A DNA stretch of 63,992 nucleotides, counting the filler, from Candidatus Babelota bacterium (lineage in GTDB: Bacteria; JAGOBX01): the NCBI GenBank assembly GCA_017999075.1. It is 12 parts of 12 records of this genome, joined end to end, with 100 filler letters (N's around TTAATTAATTAA, not from the genome) between each part and the next. Parts side by side here need not be neighbours in the genome. Positions count along the whole stretch, not along the records: positions 49,188 to 54,403 come from JAGOBX010000287.1; positions 54,504 to 59,702 come from JAGOBX010000288.1; positions 59,803 to 63,992 come from JAGOBX010000375.1; 9 more parts are not named here. One strand, 5' to 3'. A program made the translations under genes and the position numbers. Positions 51,673 to 62,064 of the stretch are shown here, piece after piece. The stretch's first letter is position 1. Each line of letters begins with the position of its first letter. Below the pieces are notes generated by a model. It was not told where the DNA came from. It saw nothing but the letters and a program-made list of their open reading frames with translations, and ran no database searches.

Positions 51673-52797
51673 ATGACTGCTGAATTATTATCGCAGGATG
51701 AAATAGATTCTTTGTTAACAGCAATATCCAGCGGCGGCCCATCAACGGGCGGCGGAGATTCGGGCGGTGGATTAAGTTCTGCGTCATCATCAGCTTCTTC
51801 TGTTTCAGGAGGAGGCGGGGCGCCATTACCGCCGCCGAAGGTTAAAAGCAAAAGTAATAAACCGAGAAAAATAAAATTATACGATTTTAAACGTCCAGAT
51901 AAATTTTCCAAAGATCAGATACGAACTCTTCAGATGATTCATGAAGTTTTTGCAAGGTTGAATACAGCCGCGTTATCTGCATTATTGCGGACAATGGTTC
52001 ATGTTCATGTAGCATCTGTGGACCAGTTGACTTATGAAGAATTTTTAAAATCAATCCCTAACCCCACGACAGTTTCAGTTATAGAAATGAAACCTTTGAA
52101 CGGAAGCACATTGCTTGAGATGGATCCTGCGATAGTATTTGCTTTAATAGACAGATTGTTCGGAGGCAAAGGATATAGTGCGAATATAGCAAGAGAAATG
52201 ACAGATATTGAATTATCCGTAATGGAAAATGTAATGGCGAAAATTCTGTCTAATTTAAAAGAATCGTGGATAAATGTAATAGATTTAAAGCCTAAACTTG
52301 AAAAGATAGAATCAAATCCTCAGTTTGTTCAGATAGTTCCGCCGAACGACATGGTTGTTCTTGTAACACTTGAAACAAAAGTCGGCGAAGTTGAAGGTAT
52401 GACTAATTTTTGTATTCCATATATAGTTATTGAGCCAATAATAAATAAATTGAGCGCACAATACTGGTATGCTTCAGTAAGAAAAGGATCAACGACTGAA
52501 AGTCTTGAAAGGCTGCGTCAAAAGATGAATTATATAACCGTTGAAGCAGGAGTTGAAGTAGGAGAAGCATTGATTACAATAGAAGATGTACTGAAACTTG
52601 AAACAGGAGATGTTATACGGCTTAACAGAGATCATAAATCTGATATGCTGTTATATATTGACAATAATCCTAAGTTCAGTTGTAAACCAGGAATAAAAAA
52701 CAATAAATATTCGGTATTGATAACAGATGAAATAGATTTTACTAAAGCCTTGCAGCACGATAACTGGGCAAAAAAAACTGAGGATGAAAAAAAATAA
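51673..52797 (+). CDS. fliM: Flagellar motor switch protein FliM
   Basis: LSQDEIDSLL CheY-P binding peptide, YDFKRPDKFSKDQIR, GG motif, C-terminal SpoA domain. Confidence 0.97.
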   Translation: MTAELLSQDEIDSLLTAISSGGPSTGGGDSGGGLSSASSSASSVSGGGGAPLPPPKVKSKSNKPRKIKLYDFKRPDKFSKDQIRTLQMIHEVFARLNTAALSALLRTMVHVHVASVDQLTYEEFLKSIPNPTTVSVIEMKPLNGSTLLEMDPAIVFALIDRLFGGKGYSANIAREMTDIELSVMENVMAKILSNLKESWINVIDLKPKLEKIESNPQFVQIVPPNDMVVLVTLETKVGEVEGMTNFCIPYIVIEPIINKLSAQYWYASVRKGSTTESLERLRQKMNYITVEAGVEVGEALITIEDVLKLETGDVIRLNRDHKSDMLLYIDNNPKFSCKPGIKNNKYSVLITDEIDFTKALQHDNWAKKTEDEKK

Positions 52798-52820
52798 TTG
52801 AATGACAGAAGGAGAACTAA

Positions 52821-53885
52821 ATGGGCGGTGGATTACTTTCTCAAGATGATATAAATGCTATGTTAACAGGGTTGGATGATATAGAACAAACTGCTTCTGC
52901 GATGGGCGGCGGCACCACGGAAGAACCGACTCCTGAAAAATCAATTTCTTTGGATCATTTGACTAAAGTATTCAATTATTTTAATGATGCAGGGAAAAGC
53001 GTTTTATCTACTATTATTGGAACTGACGTTGAAAGCAGAGTTGTTTCTGTAAAACAATCTTACTGGAAAAATGTTCGCGCTCAAATGAGCGGAATGAAAG
53101 TTGTTTTATCGAGTAAATTCAACGAAGGTTTTTCAGGTGATTTTAAAGTTTTTGTAGATAATATTTTTGGCGGAGTTTTAGCTGACCTTATGACAGGCTC
53201 AGACGGAAGTGTTCCTCCTGAAACATTAACAGAACTTCATGAAAGCGCAATAAATGAAGCAATAAATCAGATGATAGCTTCAGGTTTGACAGGAATATCA
53301 GGAGAGTTGAAGAAGATAAGTTTATCAACAGAAGTTCCGCAGGTAAAAGTTGCAGATATAAACGAACAATATGAAGATGATATATTGTCAGGCAAAGAAT
53401 CTATTGTTGCTGAATACAGATTTGACATAATAAATTATAAAGATAAACCTGTATTTTTTGTATTTCCATTAGAAACAGCTGAAAATATTAATGAAAAATT
53501 TAGTGGCGGAAAACCAAAACAGGAAGAAGTAAAATCTCAGAATGCGTCTGCGGTTCAGCAATCTTCCTCCCACCATCCTGAATCAGTTTTGCAAAAAGAA
53601 AATCCTGTAACATCTCAGAAAAATATGTTTTTGTTATTAGATGTGCCTATAAGATTAAGTGTAAATCTTGGAAAAACCAAACTTCTTATGAAAGATATAT
53701 TGAATTTAGGAATAGGTTCAATTATAGAACTTGACAAGGCGTTTAATGAACCGGTTGATTTAGCAGCCGGAACTAAACCGATAGCTCGAGGAGAAGTAGT
53801 TGTAGTGGATGAAAATTTCGGATTGAGAGTAACTGAACTTGTAACTCCGTTAGAACGTCTTGAATTGATTAAAAAAGATAGATAA
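52821..53885 (+). CDS. fliY: Flagellar switch protein FliY/FliN (CheC-like + SpoA domain)
   Basis: LSQDDINAML peptide, ESAINEAINQM CheC motif, LLLDVP..GEVVVVDENFGLRVT. Confidence 0.88.
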   Translation: MGGGLLSQDDINAMLTGLDDIEQTASAMGGGTTEEPTPEKSISLDHLTKVFNYFNDAGKSVLSTIIGTDVESRVVSVKQSYWKNVRAQMSGMKVVLSSKFNEGFSGDFKVFVDNIFGGVLADLMTGSDGSVPPETLTELHESAINEAINQMIASGLTGISGELKKISLSTEVPQVKVADINEQYEDDILSGKESIVAEYRFDIINYKDKPVFFVFPLETAENINEKFSGGKPKQEEVKSQNASAVQQSSSHHPESVLQKENPVTSQKNMFLLLDVPIRLSVNLGKTKLLMKDILNLGIGSIIELDKAFNEPVDLAAGTKPIARGEVVVVDENFGLRVTELVTPLERLELIKKDR

Positions 53886-53915
53886 TATAATTATAAAAAT
53901 GAAAAACAAGTTTTT

Positions 53916-53962
53916 NNNNNNNNNNNNNNNNNNNNNNNNNNNNNNNNNNNNNNNNNNNNNNN
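53916..53962. other. Scaffold gap (47 N, no stop linker) within contig 10
   Basis: Run of N lacking the TTAATTAATTAA core. Confidence 0.95.
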
Positions 53963-53994
53963 AATTTTAAAATTTACTCTAATGATAAAACAGA

Positions 53995-54403
53995 GTGGAG
54001 AAAATCCGGTTGAAATATTACATAGTAAAAACATTTTTGTTTGCAATATGTTTTATAATAATTTTTATTCCAGAATACTGTTCTGCTGATACTGAACCAT
54101 TAAATTTAAATCCTCTAAATCTTGGAAATACTGCAAATTACTCAAATGATGTGAATACAGGAACATCATTGAATTTTAAAAGCGTTCCTGAAATATCGAT
54201 ATTAAGATTATTTTTGAAAGTTGTAGCCGTACTTATAATAATTTTAGTATTTTTTTATATAGTAAGAAAAGTGGTTTCCAAAAAAAAAATGATATACGGA
54301 GGCAGTAACCTTTTCCAAACTATAACTGAATTTCAGATTGGAACAAATAAATCATTGCATCTTGTAGAATTTTCAAATCAGATATATTTGCTGGGAGTAA
54401 CAG
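53995..54403 (+). CDS. fliO: Flagellar biosynthesis protein FliO/FliZ (3' truncated)
   Basis: TM followed by IGTNKSLHLVEF..IYLLGVT; downstream of fliY. Confidence 0.8.
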
Positions 54404-54505
54404 NNNNNNNNNNNNNNNNNNNNNNNNNNNNNNNNNNNNNNNNNNNNTTAATTAATTAANNNNNNNNNNNNNNNNNNNNNNNNNNNNNNNNNNNNNNNNN
54501 NNNTA

Positions 54506-57500
54506 CTGATAGTGTTTACTTCTTGCGGAACTGATTCTGACAAGACGAATACTACAGAGGTAACATTCGGGGTGTTATATCCTGAAACAGGCAGCCTTGC
54601 ATTTCCTGGATTGAGCAGCAAAGCTGCTATGGATCTTGCAGTTCAGGATATAAATAATTATTTTCAATCTAAAAATAAAGCTATAAGAATAAATCTTTCT
54701 TATAAAGATACTGCCGGAGATTCTGCATTAGCTCTTGTAAAAATCAAAGAATTTTACAATCAAGGTATACGTGTAATAATCGGACCTTATACAAGCGAAG
54801 AAGCTTCAGCTGTCCGTGAATACGCGAATCTTAATGATATGATATTATTAGGATGGGGAAGCACTGCTCCATCTCTTGCAATAAGCAATGATAATTTAAT
54901 GAGATTTATTCCGACTGATGTTTTACAGGCTGCAGCAATAGCTCAGAAAATGTATGAAAAAGGAGTAACTGCAGTAGTCGGATTGAATAGAAATGATGTT
55001 TGGGGAAATGATTTTATAAATCAGATGAAATCTGCTCTGCCTAATTATAATATTACTTATATTGACGGTATTTCATATAATCCTTCAACAACAGATTTTT
55101 CGGCTACAGTTTCAAGTTTAAATTCAAAAATAACTACAACTCGCGATTATTATGAGTCTGATTCTATAGCTGTTATGTTAATTTCTTATGATGAAGCAGG
55201 TAAAATTTTTACTGCCGCCAATGCTTATTCTGTTCTGCAAAACACAAAATGGTTTGGCTGCGACGGTAATTATAATTTTATTGATTTTACAACTTATCCA
55301 GTTGCAGGAACTTTTGCAGTTAACCCTAAAGTATCCTTTTTAGCATCTTGTTATTTAACTGCATATAATGCAGGAGATACTCCTTCAGTATCTGCTTTTC
55401 TTCCCTCTCCGACAACGTTAAATTCAAGAATTTCTGCAATTACAGGCACTTCAACAGGAAACGATTATTATATGATAGCTTATGATATGTTATGGATAGC
55501 ATCGTTGGCTTATGATCAAACGGCTTCAGGAGCAACTATAAGTTCTTTAAAACAAAATATAGTTAATGTTGCGAGTGATACTTATGTAGGAGTTAACGGA
55601 CAAATAGTTTTTAATTCTTCAGGAGACAGAACAACTGGAGGTTATGGTTATTTTGGAGTTCGCCAGAACGGAGCGAATTATGAATGGTTTATGGATTCTG
55701 TTTATAAAAAATATAGTATAAATAAAGCTGCTTCTGCATCGTATGCAACTTACCAATCTACGAGTCAGGATAATTCCGATTCTATAATTTTAATTGAAGT
55801 GGGTTCCATATCAAATGTTATGACTTCAGAAGAATATACTTACTGGTGGTATTACTGGTGGTGGGATTTGATATATTTGAGCGGCAATTATGAAGAAGAA
55901 AATTATTATAATATGTATCTAAGATACAAGTTAAATATTCCTCAAAGTGTAACGCTTGATGATACAGGTAATATATATGTTACTGATGTTGGTCTTTCCC
56001 GAGTAATAAAATTTGACGGTGATGGATTTAAGTTAGCAGAATGGGGATCGTTTGGAAACGGATATGATACGAATTTGATTTATCCTGCAGGTCTTTCAAC
56101 AGGCAACAATTTTTGTTATGTTTCAGACAGAGACAGTCATACAATAAAAAAATATGATTTATACGGTAATTTTATTGCAAAGTTTGGAGTTTTTGATAAT
56201 AATGTTCCAACAGTAGGAAAATTTAATAAACCAGGAAAAATGTTCTATGACAGATTTGCCAATAATTTATTTGTTATAGATTCTTTTAATAACCGTTTAC
56301 AGTATATGGATAACGGAGGAACCTGGCGTGCAGCTTTTGCAAACAGCAGCGAACCTGTTGGATTTGCAGCTACAAATAATAATTATTATTTATTGACACG
56401 CGGGGATTATAAGATAACCAAGTTTAACAAAACCGATACAACTGTTTCTACTTCATTTGGAAGTTATGGTCTTGGATTGGGAAAATTTTTATATCCTGTT
56501 GATTTAACGGTTTCAAATGATTCTATAATAGTTCTTGACAATTACAGTATTCACGCGTTTGATAATGCAGGTACTCCGAAATTAAGATGGAATTCATACG
56601 GGAAATTAAGAAATCCTACTTCTATTACTTCTGATACGGCGGGTTATGTATATGTAACTGATGCTGGAAAGAATTGCGTTAATATTTATAGAATATATAA
56701 TTCTCAGGATATTTTAGTAAAATCTTTGAACAATGGCGCAGCGCCTGATTCATGGCCGTACAGAATTGCTGTCGATAATGTCAATAATTTAGTATATGTT
56801 GCTACCTGGTCGCATTGGCATGACATTGAGGATAATTGTATGATAAAAGAATGTGTTCTTCAACTGGATGCTAATCTTAATGTATTAAAAATATGGGGTT
56901 CAGAGTTAAATAACGATAGAGAGACCGTTAATTCTTTAGGTAATTTTTCGAGTATAGAGTCTATTATTGTTGATAAAGACGGTAATGTTTTTGTTTCAGA
57001 TCAATCTAATTACAGAATCCAGAAACTTGCTGCCGGAAGCAATACATGGACTTTATTTGTAGATGGAAGCACAGATAATCTTAGAGGGCTTAAGGGTTTA
57101 GCATCAGACAGTCAGGGTAATATTTATGCGATAGATAAATATTCCAACAAAATTTTGAAATATTCTGCAGCAGGAACTTTGTTATCTGAAACATTGCTTG
57201 ATTCTTTAGATGAACACGGATTTAATTATTTATCTGTTGCGAACAACGGAAATATTTATCTGCTGAATACATCTTATTGCAATATAGCTGTTTTTAACAG
57301 TAATATGCAGTTTGTTACTCAGTGGGGAGATTATGGATTTGAAAACGGAAAATTTTTGTGGCCGACAGATATTAAAACAGACGCAAATAACAATGTTTAT
57401 GTAGTTGATTCTGATAATTCGAGAATATCAAAATTTGATTCTACAGGCAAATTTATAAAGAAATGGGGAACTTACGGATATGATAAACTTCAATTTTCAT

Positions 57501-57583
57501 ATCCATACGGTATAGCTGTTGACAATGATTGGATTTGGGTTGCTGACAGCGATAATGCGCGTATTCAAAAGTTTCGTCAATAA
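54506..57583 (+). CDS. Lipoprotein fusing a type I periplasmic binding domain (LivJ/ANF receptor-like) to NHL-repeat beta-propellers (5' truncated)
   Basis: LIVFTSC lipobox; GVLYPETG, IIGPYTS, STAPSL, AYD, G.NG.I.F...GDR; then many NHL repeats (GNIYVTD, YVVDSDNSRI, VADSDNARIQKF). Confidence 0.85.
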   Translation: MIVFTSCGTDSDKTNTTEVTFGVLYPETGSLAFPGLSSKAAMDLAVQDINNYFQSKNKAIRINLSYKDTAGDSALALVKIKEFYNQGIRVIIGPYTSEEASAVREYANLNDMILLGWGSTAPSLAISNDNLMRFIPTDVLQAAAIAQKMYEKGVTAVVGLNRNDVWGNDFINQMKSALPNYNITYIDGISYNPSTTDFSATVSSLNSKITTTRDYYESDSIAVMLISYDEAGKIFTAANAYSVLQNTKWFGCDGNYNFIDFTTYPVAGTFAVNPKVSFLASCYLTAYNAGDTPSVSAFLPSPTTLNSRISAITGTSTGNDYYMIAYDMLWIASLAYDQTASGATISSLKQNIVNVASDTYVGVNGQIVFNSSGDRTTGGYGYFGVRQNGANYEWFMDSVYKKYSINKAASASYATYQSTSQDNSDSIILIEVGSISNVMTSEEYTYWWYYWWWDLIYLSGNYEEENYYNMYLRYKLNIPQSVTLDDTGNIYVTDVGLSRVIKFDGDGFKLAEWGSFGNGYDTNLIYPAGLSTGNNFCYVSDRDSHTIKKYDLYGNFIAKFGVFDNNVPTVGKFNKPGKMFYDRFANNLFVIDSFNNRLQYMDNGGTWRAAFANSSEPVGFAATNNNYYLLTRGDYKITKFNKTDTTVSTSFGSYGLGLGKFLYPVDLTVSNDSIIVLDNYSIHAFDNAGTPKLRWNSYGKLRNPTSITSDTAGYVYVTDAGKNCVNIYRIYNSQDILVKSLNNGAAPDSWPYRIAVDNVNNLVYVATWSHWHDIEDNCMIKECVLQLDANLNVLKIWGSELNNDRETVNSLGNFSSIESIIVDKDGNVFVSDQSNYRIQKLAAGSNTWTLFVDGSTDNLRGLKGLASDSQGNIYAIDKYSNKILKYSAAGTLLSETLLDSLDEHGFNYLSVANNGNIYLLNTSYCNIAVFNSNMQFVTQWGDYGFENGKFLWPTDIKTDANNNVYVVDSDNSRISKFDSTGKFIKKWGTYGYDKLQFSYPYGIAVDNDWIWVADSDNARIQKFRQ

Positions 57584-57593
57584 AATTTTTTGA

Positions 57594-57643
57594 TAATTAA
57601 ATAGTCCCGGGAAATAATTTGGTTTTCCGGGATTATTTAATTA
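57594..57643. terminator. Bidirectional terminator between convergent genes
   Basis: 21-nt arms TAATTAAATAGTCCCGGGAAA / TTTTCCGGGATTATTTAATTA (two G-U pairs). Confidence 0.8.
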
Positions 57644-58883
57644 ACCAAAATTCCGGATTAACTGTTTTTTTGCCTTCCCGTATTTGAAAAAATAAACTTG
57701 TACCGAATAACGAACCAGTATCTCCTGCTTTTCCTATAATCTGCTGGACACCAATTTTCTGTTCATGCTTGACAAGTATTTCATTTAAATGAGCATAAAG
57801 GGTTATATAATCAGAACCATGAGAAATTATTACTGTCCAGCCGAATGAATCTATCCAGTCGGCAAAAATCACTATGCCTTCGGCTACTGAAAAAATTTCC
57901 TGGTTATCAAAACATTTAATTTCTATTCCATCGGTTTTTATTTCAAATCTGTACTTTGAGTTTGTTCCTGAAAATTTTGATAATATTTTGTTTAATTTTG
58001 TTCTTTTTAACGGCCATGGCAATTTCCCTTTTTTATTTTTGAATCCTAATTTGCTTAATTCTATCAGTTCTTTGGTTTGTTTCTGTTCGATAACCAAATT
58101 GTTGATGGTGGCTTCGATAACTTTCATTTGCCTTTGTCTGTTTTCAATTTCTAAAGTTAAATATTCTCTGTTTTTAGCTAATTTTTCGATAAATTTTTCT
58201 TTTTCATTCTTTGTTGATACAAGTTTATTTTTTATAATTTCATAATCCGCAAGAAGTTTATTTTTTTCTGTTTTATTGGTTTCAAGAGTTTCCTTATCGG
58301 TTTTTAGTTTTGCAATTAAATAAAGAATTTTTTCTATTTGCAGTCTGTCGTTTTGAGATATCATATTCAACATTTTGAATTTTAGAGAAAATTCGATAAT
58401 TTTTTTTGATTCAAGAAGCGTCATCAAATTTGACAGAGAAGAATATTTTTTATGTTCTTTAAAAGTTGAACGCAATCGTTTGGAAAATTTAATTTTGCAG
58501 TTTTTCAGTTCTGATTCGTTAATTTCTATTTGATTAACGGAATTTTCAATTTTTTGGTTCAATTCAGTTATTTTTGATGTTATATCGGAAATAATAGTAT
58601 TTAATTCGATTATTTTGCTGTCAATTTTAAAAAGTTCGTTGTTTAATAATTTTTCTTTATCTTTAGCAAACTCAATTTGGTTTCCAAGCTTAATAATTTC
58701 AGAAAGATTTTGTTTTTTTTGCTGGTTTTGCTGAATTTCTTTATTTTTCAGCAATAATAATTTTTCTTCAAGAGATTGATTTTGTATGTTTTCATTTTTT
58801 TTTGGTTTATCTGCGTTAAGACCTGTATTTAAATAAAAAAGACAAAATAAAGAAAAAAATATTGTTATACAGCAGTTATTCAT
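57633..58883 (-). CDS. envC: Murein hydrolase activator EnvC family (coiled coil + degenerate M23 domain)
   Basis: KGKLPWP, GIEI, YAHL and SLFFQIR (zinc ligands lost); start overlaps the ftsX stop. Confidence 0.88.
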   Translation of the reverse strand: MNNCCITIFFSLFCLFYLNTGLNADKPKKNENIQNQSLEEKLLLLKNKEIQQNQQKKQNLSEIIKLGNQIEFAKDKEKLLNNELFKIDSKIIELNTIISDITSKITELNQKIENSVNQIEINESELKNCKIKFSKRLRSTFKEHKKYSSLSNLMTLLESKKIIEFSLKFKMLNMISQNDRLQIEKILYLIAKLKTDKETLETNKTEKNKLLADYEIIKNKLVSTKNEKEKFIEKLAKNREYLTLEIENRQRQMKVIEATINNLVIEQKQTKELIELSKLGFKNKKGKLPWPLKRTKLNKILSKFSGTNSKYRFEIKTDGIEIKCFDNQEIFSVAEGIVIFADWIDSFGWTVIISHGSDYITLYAHLNEILVKHEQKIGVQQIIGKAGDTGSLFGTSLFFQIREGKKTVNPEFWLIK

Positions 58884-59701
58884 TAATTATCATCAACCGA
58901 CATATTTGTAAATCTTGATAATGCGAATAATGAACCGATTATTCCGGCGATAAATGCGGAAATAAAGATTATGCCTATTTCTTGGCCGTTTAAAAAAACA
59001 AACTCAAATTCTGAAAATATAGGAAAAGGAAATTTTTTCAGTAAAAAATTGAATCCTGAATAAAGTATAATCAAACAAAGTGTAACGGAAATTATCATTG
59101 TAATGGCAGATTCAATTATGAATGGCAACCGTATAAAAAATTTGGTTACACCTATTAATTTTTGTATTTCTATTTCAGATGATCTTGAATAAAAGGTTAG
59201 CTGAATAGTGTTGAACACAATAAATATTGAAAATAAAAACATTAATATAACAATTATATATAAAATATAATTTATGGTTTTATTTAAAGTTTGAAGATAA
59301 TTTAATTTTTTTTGTCCGGAATCTATTGATTCAATTCCATTAAAAATGTTGATTTGAGAAAGGAATTTTGAAATATTGACAGCATCAATTTTTTTTAAAT
59401 AAATTTCAAAATAAGCAGGTAAAGGATTATCAATTATTCCTTCAATGAGTTCCGGTATATCTTTAGAATTTTCTTTAAATTCATTAAGAGCCTGTTCTTT
59501 TGTAAAATATTTAAAACTGCTGATGTCAGAGTTTGATTTAAAAAAATCATTAAGAACGTCTAATGATTTGGATGTAATATCATCGTCTAAATAAATAATT
59601 ATAGTAATATCTGTTTTTATTTGATATATGAACTTTTCGATATTTTTTGACAGTAAATAAAAAAATACTATAAAAAATATTGATATTGATATAACAAAAA
59701 T
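58883..59701 (-). CDS. ftsX: Cell division permease FtsX (5' truncated)
   Basis: Frame open to the contig edge: TKEQALNEF, NPLPA, NTIQL..RSSEIEIQKLIG..FIRLPF. Confidence 0.9.
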   Translation of the reverse strand: MFVISISIFFIVFFYLLSKNIEKFIYQIKTDITIIIYLDDDITSKSLDVLNDFFKSNSDISSFKYFTKEQALNEFKENSKDIPELIEGIIDNPLPAYFEIYLKKIDAVNISKFLSQINIFNGIESIDSGQKKLNYLQTLNKTINYILYIIVILMFLFSIFIVFNTIQLTFYSRSSEIEIQKLIGVTKFFIRLPFIIESAITMIISVTLCLIILYSGFNFLLKKFPFPIFSEFEFVFLNGQEIGIIFISAFIAGIIGSLFALSRFTNMSVDDN

Positions 59702-59803
59702 ANNNNNNNNNNNNNNNNNNNNNNNNNNNNNNNNNNNNNNNNNNNNTTAATTAATTAANNNNNNNNNNNNNNNNNNNNNNNNNNNNNNNNNNNNNNNNNN
59801 NNA

Positions 59804-61774
59804 TATAAGGTGATTCAGAATGACGGAGAGGAAATAAATCTGTTTGCTGATACTTATTTCAGCGTAGTGGAATATGAAACCAAACCATATATGCTTTTTC
59901 ATTTTCATGATGTCATTCAACTTGTAAATAACCAGATTAATAGTTCTGAATATATAAGAAATATTGAAATGAATCAGGGTGAAGAATATCAGAAACTTTT
60001 GAAAGAAAAAGAAACTGCAGAAGAAAAGAATAAATTAAAATCAAATTTTTTGGCTGCTATGTCTCATGAACTGAGAACTCCGCTTAATTCGATTTTAGGA
60101 TTTACGGAACTGTTGATTGAAGAAACAAAATCAGCTCCTGAATTTAATGAAAAGTTGAATTTTATTTTTAATGAAGGAAAACGGCTTGTTTTGTTAATTA
60201 ATGATATTCTTGATTTTTCAAAAATATCAGATACAAAACTTTCGCTGCATTATGAATTTTTTTCAATAGACGATTTGGTTTTAAAATTGAAAAATTTGTT
60301 TGAATCAAGATGCAAAGATAAAAATATTGATTTTAAAATTATTACAGAACCTGAAATGCCTAAATTTGTAAACGGTGATTTTCTGAGAATTTTACAAATT
60401 CTTATAAATTTAATCGGGAATTCTTTGAAATTTACTCCTTCGGGCTATATTGCTATACAGTTCAGCTATGATTTGAAAAATTGTATTTGGAAAATAATTG
60501 TTAAAGATACAGGGATAGGGATACCTGAAGAATCTCAAAAAAAAATATTTTCTCCGTTTGAACAAACCGATGGAAATATCCATAAAAAATATGGAGGTAC
60601 AGGACTCGGATTATCTATAACATTGAATCTTGTTAAATTGATGAAAGGAAATATTTTTATAGAAAGTAAATTGAATGAAGGAACTGTTTTTATAATTAAA
60701 CTGCCTATAGTTTTTAAAAGAAGTTATGATGAAGCATATGTTTCTTCATTAGGGCCTTCTACAATAGATAATCTTGAAATTGATGAGTTATCAGCGAGAG
60801 AGGATATAAAAATCTTTTCTGAAAAAATTAAAAATATCAATAACAACGCGGCTTCAGAAGTTTCTGAATCAAAAAAAATTTTAATAGTTGACGATAATCC
60901 GCAGATTTTGAAACTTTTGTCTTTTATACTGATGAAAGCAGGATGCAATGTTATTAAAGCAAGCAATGGGTTGGAAGCTTTGATGATACTTGAACACACT
61001 CAAGATGTTCAGCTTGTTTTTATGGATTTGATGATGCCTGAAATAGATGGGATTACTGCGGTGAGAAATATCAGAAATAATGCGAAATTTAAGGATGTTT
61101 CTGTTATAGCCGTATCAGCTAAAAATATTTGCAGGAAAGAAATTTTGGATAATGGGTTTAATGATTTTATAAAAAAACCTTTTTCCAGAGCTGATATTAT
61201 TAATGCGTTAAAAAGTTATATGCCGAATTATGATGAAATAAAATTGCCGGAAAATAATTTCGAAGAATCAGAGAAAAAAGAAATAAAAAAGATGCCTGAT
61301 GCGGTAGAATTAAATAAATCCGGAGATCCTGAAAAAGAAGTTTTTTTTGAAAAAAATGATTTAGATGACGGTTCTGCCAAAAATACCTGTGATTCCGAAT
61401 TGTTTTTTAAAAAATTGAATGTTGCAGTGGCTGAAGACGATGTTATATCACAGCGCTTCATATCTTTGCTGTTCAAAAAATTTTGTAATATCAGCTTGAC
61501 GATATGCGATTCCGGAGAAGAATTAATTGAAAAAAATAAAACTGAAAAATATGATTTGATATTTTCGGATATGCATTTGAAAGGCATTACAGGACTGGCT
61601 GCTGCAAAAATTTTACGCGATAAAATGAATGTGGTTACTCCGATCATAGCTTTGACAGGAAGCTCTGATTCTGAAGAATTTAATCATGATGAAATAAAAA
61701 AATATTTTTGCGAATGGCTGCAAAAACCTGTTTCTTTAAAAGATATTGAAACAATAATAAAAAAATATTCATAA
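59804..61774 (+). CDS. Hybrid sensor histidine kinase with two receiver domains (5' truncated)
   Basis: MSHELRTPLN, NLIGNSLKFT, GGTGLGL; REC1 VDD..FMDLMMP; REC2 AEDD..FSDMHL. Confidence 0.93.
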   Translation, partial: YKVIQNDGEEINLFADTYFSVVEYETKPYMLFHFHDVIQLVNNQINSSEYIRNIEMNQGEEYQKLLKEKETAEEKNKLKSNFLAAMSHELRTPLNSILGFTELLIEETKSAPEFNEKLNFIFNEGKRLVLLINDILDFSKISDTKLSLHYEFFSIDDLVLKLKNLFESRCKDKNIDFKIITEPEMPKFVNGDFLRILQILINLIGNSLKFTPSGYIAIQFSYDLKNCIWKIIVKDTGIGIPEESQKKIFSPFEQTDGNIHKKYGGTGLGLSITLNLVKLMKGNIFIESKLNEGTVFIIKLPIVFKRSYDEAYVSSLGPSTIDNLEIDELSAREDIKIFSEKIKNINNNAASEVSESKKILIVDDNPQILKLLSFILMKAGCNVIKASNGLEALMILEHTQDVQLVFMDLMMPEIDGITAVRNIRNNAKFKDVSVIAVSAKNICRKEILDNGFNDFIKKPFSRADIINALKSYMPNYDEIKLPENNFEESEKKEIKKMPDAVELNKSGDPEKEVFFEKNDLDDGSAKNTCDSELFFKKLNVAVAEDDVISQRFISLLFKKFCNISLTICDSGEELIEKNKTEKYDLIFSDMHLKGITGLAAAKILRDKMNVVTPIIALTGSSDSEEFNHDEIKKYFCEWLQKPVSLKDIETIIKKYS

Positions 61775-61791
61775 AAGGAGAATTTTATAAA

Positions 61792-62064
61792 ATGAAACTG
61801 AAAATTATTATGTTTTTGCTGAGCTTGGTTATTTTTTCAATGATAACAGGATTTAAATTTAATGACATAATGAAAAAATTGGATTCTCCTAAAGATAATT
61901 CTTACGAGGTTAAAAATAGTTCTCAGGCAACAGGTGTTCGCGGACTTGAGAATGAAGGAAAAATTGAAACTGATGTACAGAATATTGAAACAATTGAAAT
62001 TCCGTGCAGTGAAGTAACTGCTGAAGAATTGGAACATTTTAAAAAACAAGGCGGGTTAAAATGA
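61792..62064 (+). CDS. Small secreted protein with a TGVRGL motif
   Basis: AGGAG RBS, signal peptide, ATGVRGL and VTAEELEHFKKQGGLK C-terminus; stop overlaps the next ATG. Confidence 0.75.
   Translation: MKLKIIMFLLSLVIFSMITGFKFNDIMKKLDSPKDNSYEVKNSSQATGVRGLENEGKIETDVQNIETIEIPCSEVTAEELEHFKKQGGLK

Noticed and set aside
57633-58100. M23 domain as an active peptidase or a pseudogene
   Set aside because: Loss of the zinc ligands is the normal state of EnvC next to ftsX.
5490-59802. Regularly spaced TTAATTAATTAA repeats about every 5.3 kb
   Set aside because: Artificial six-frame-stop linkers inside N runs. Contig lengths fall monotonically (5489, 5396, 5386, 5338, 5336, 5308, 5289, 5256, 5216, 5199), showing size-sorted concatenation. 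ORF ends reading ...XLIN or ...XN are artefacts.
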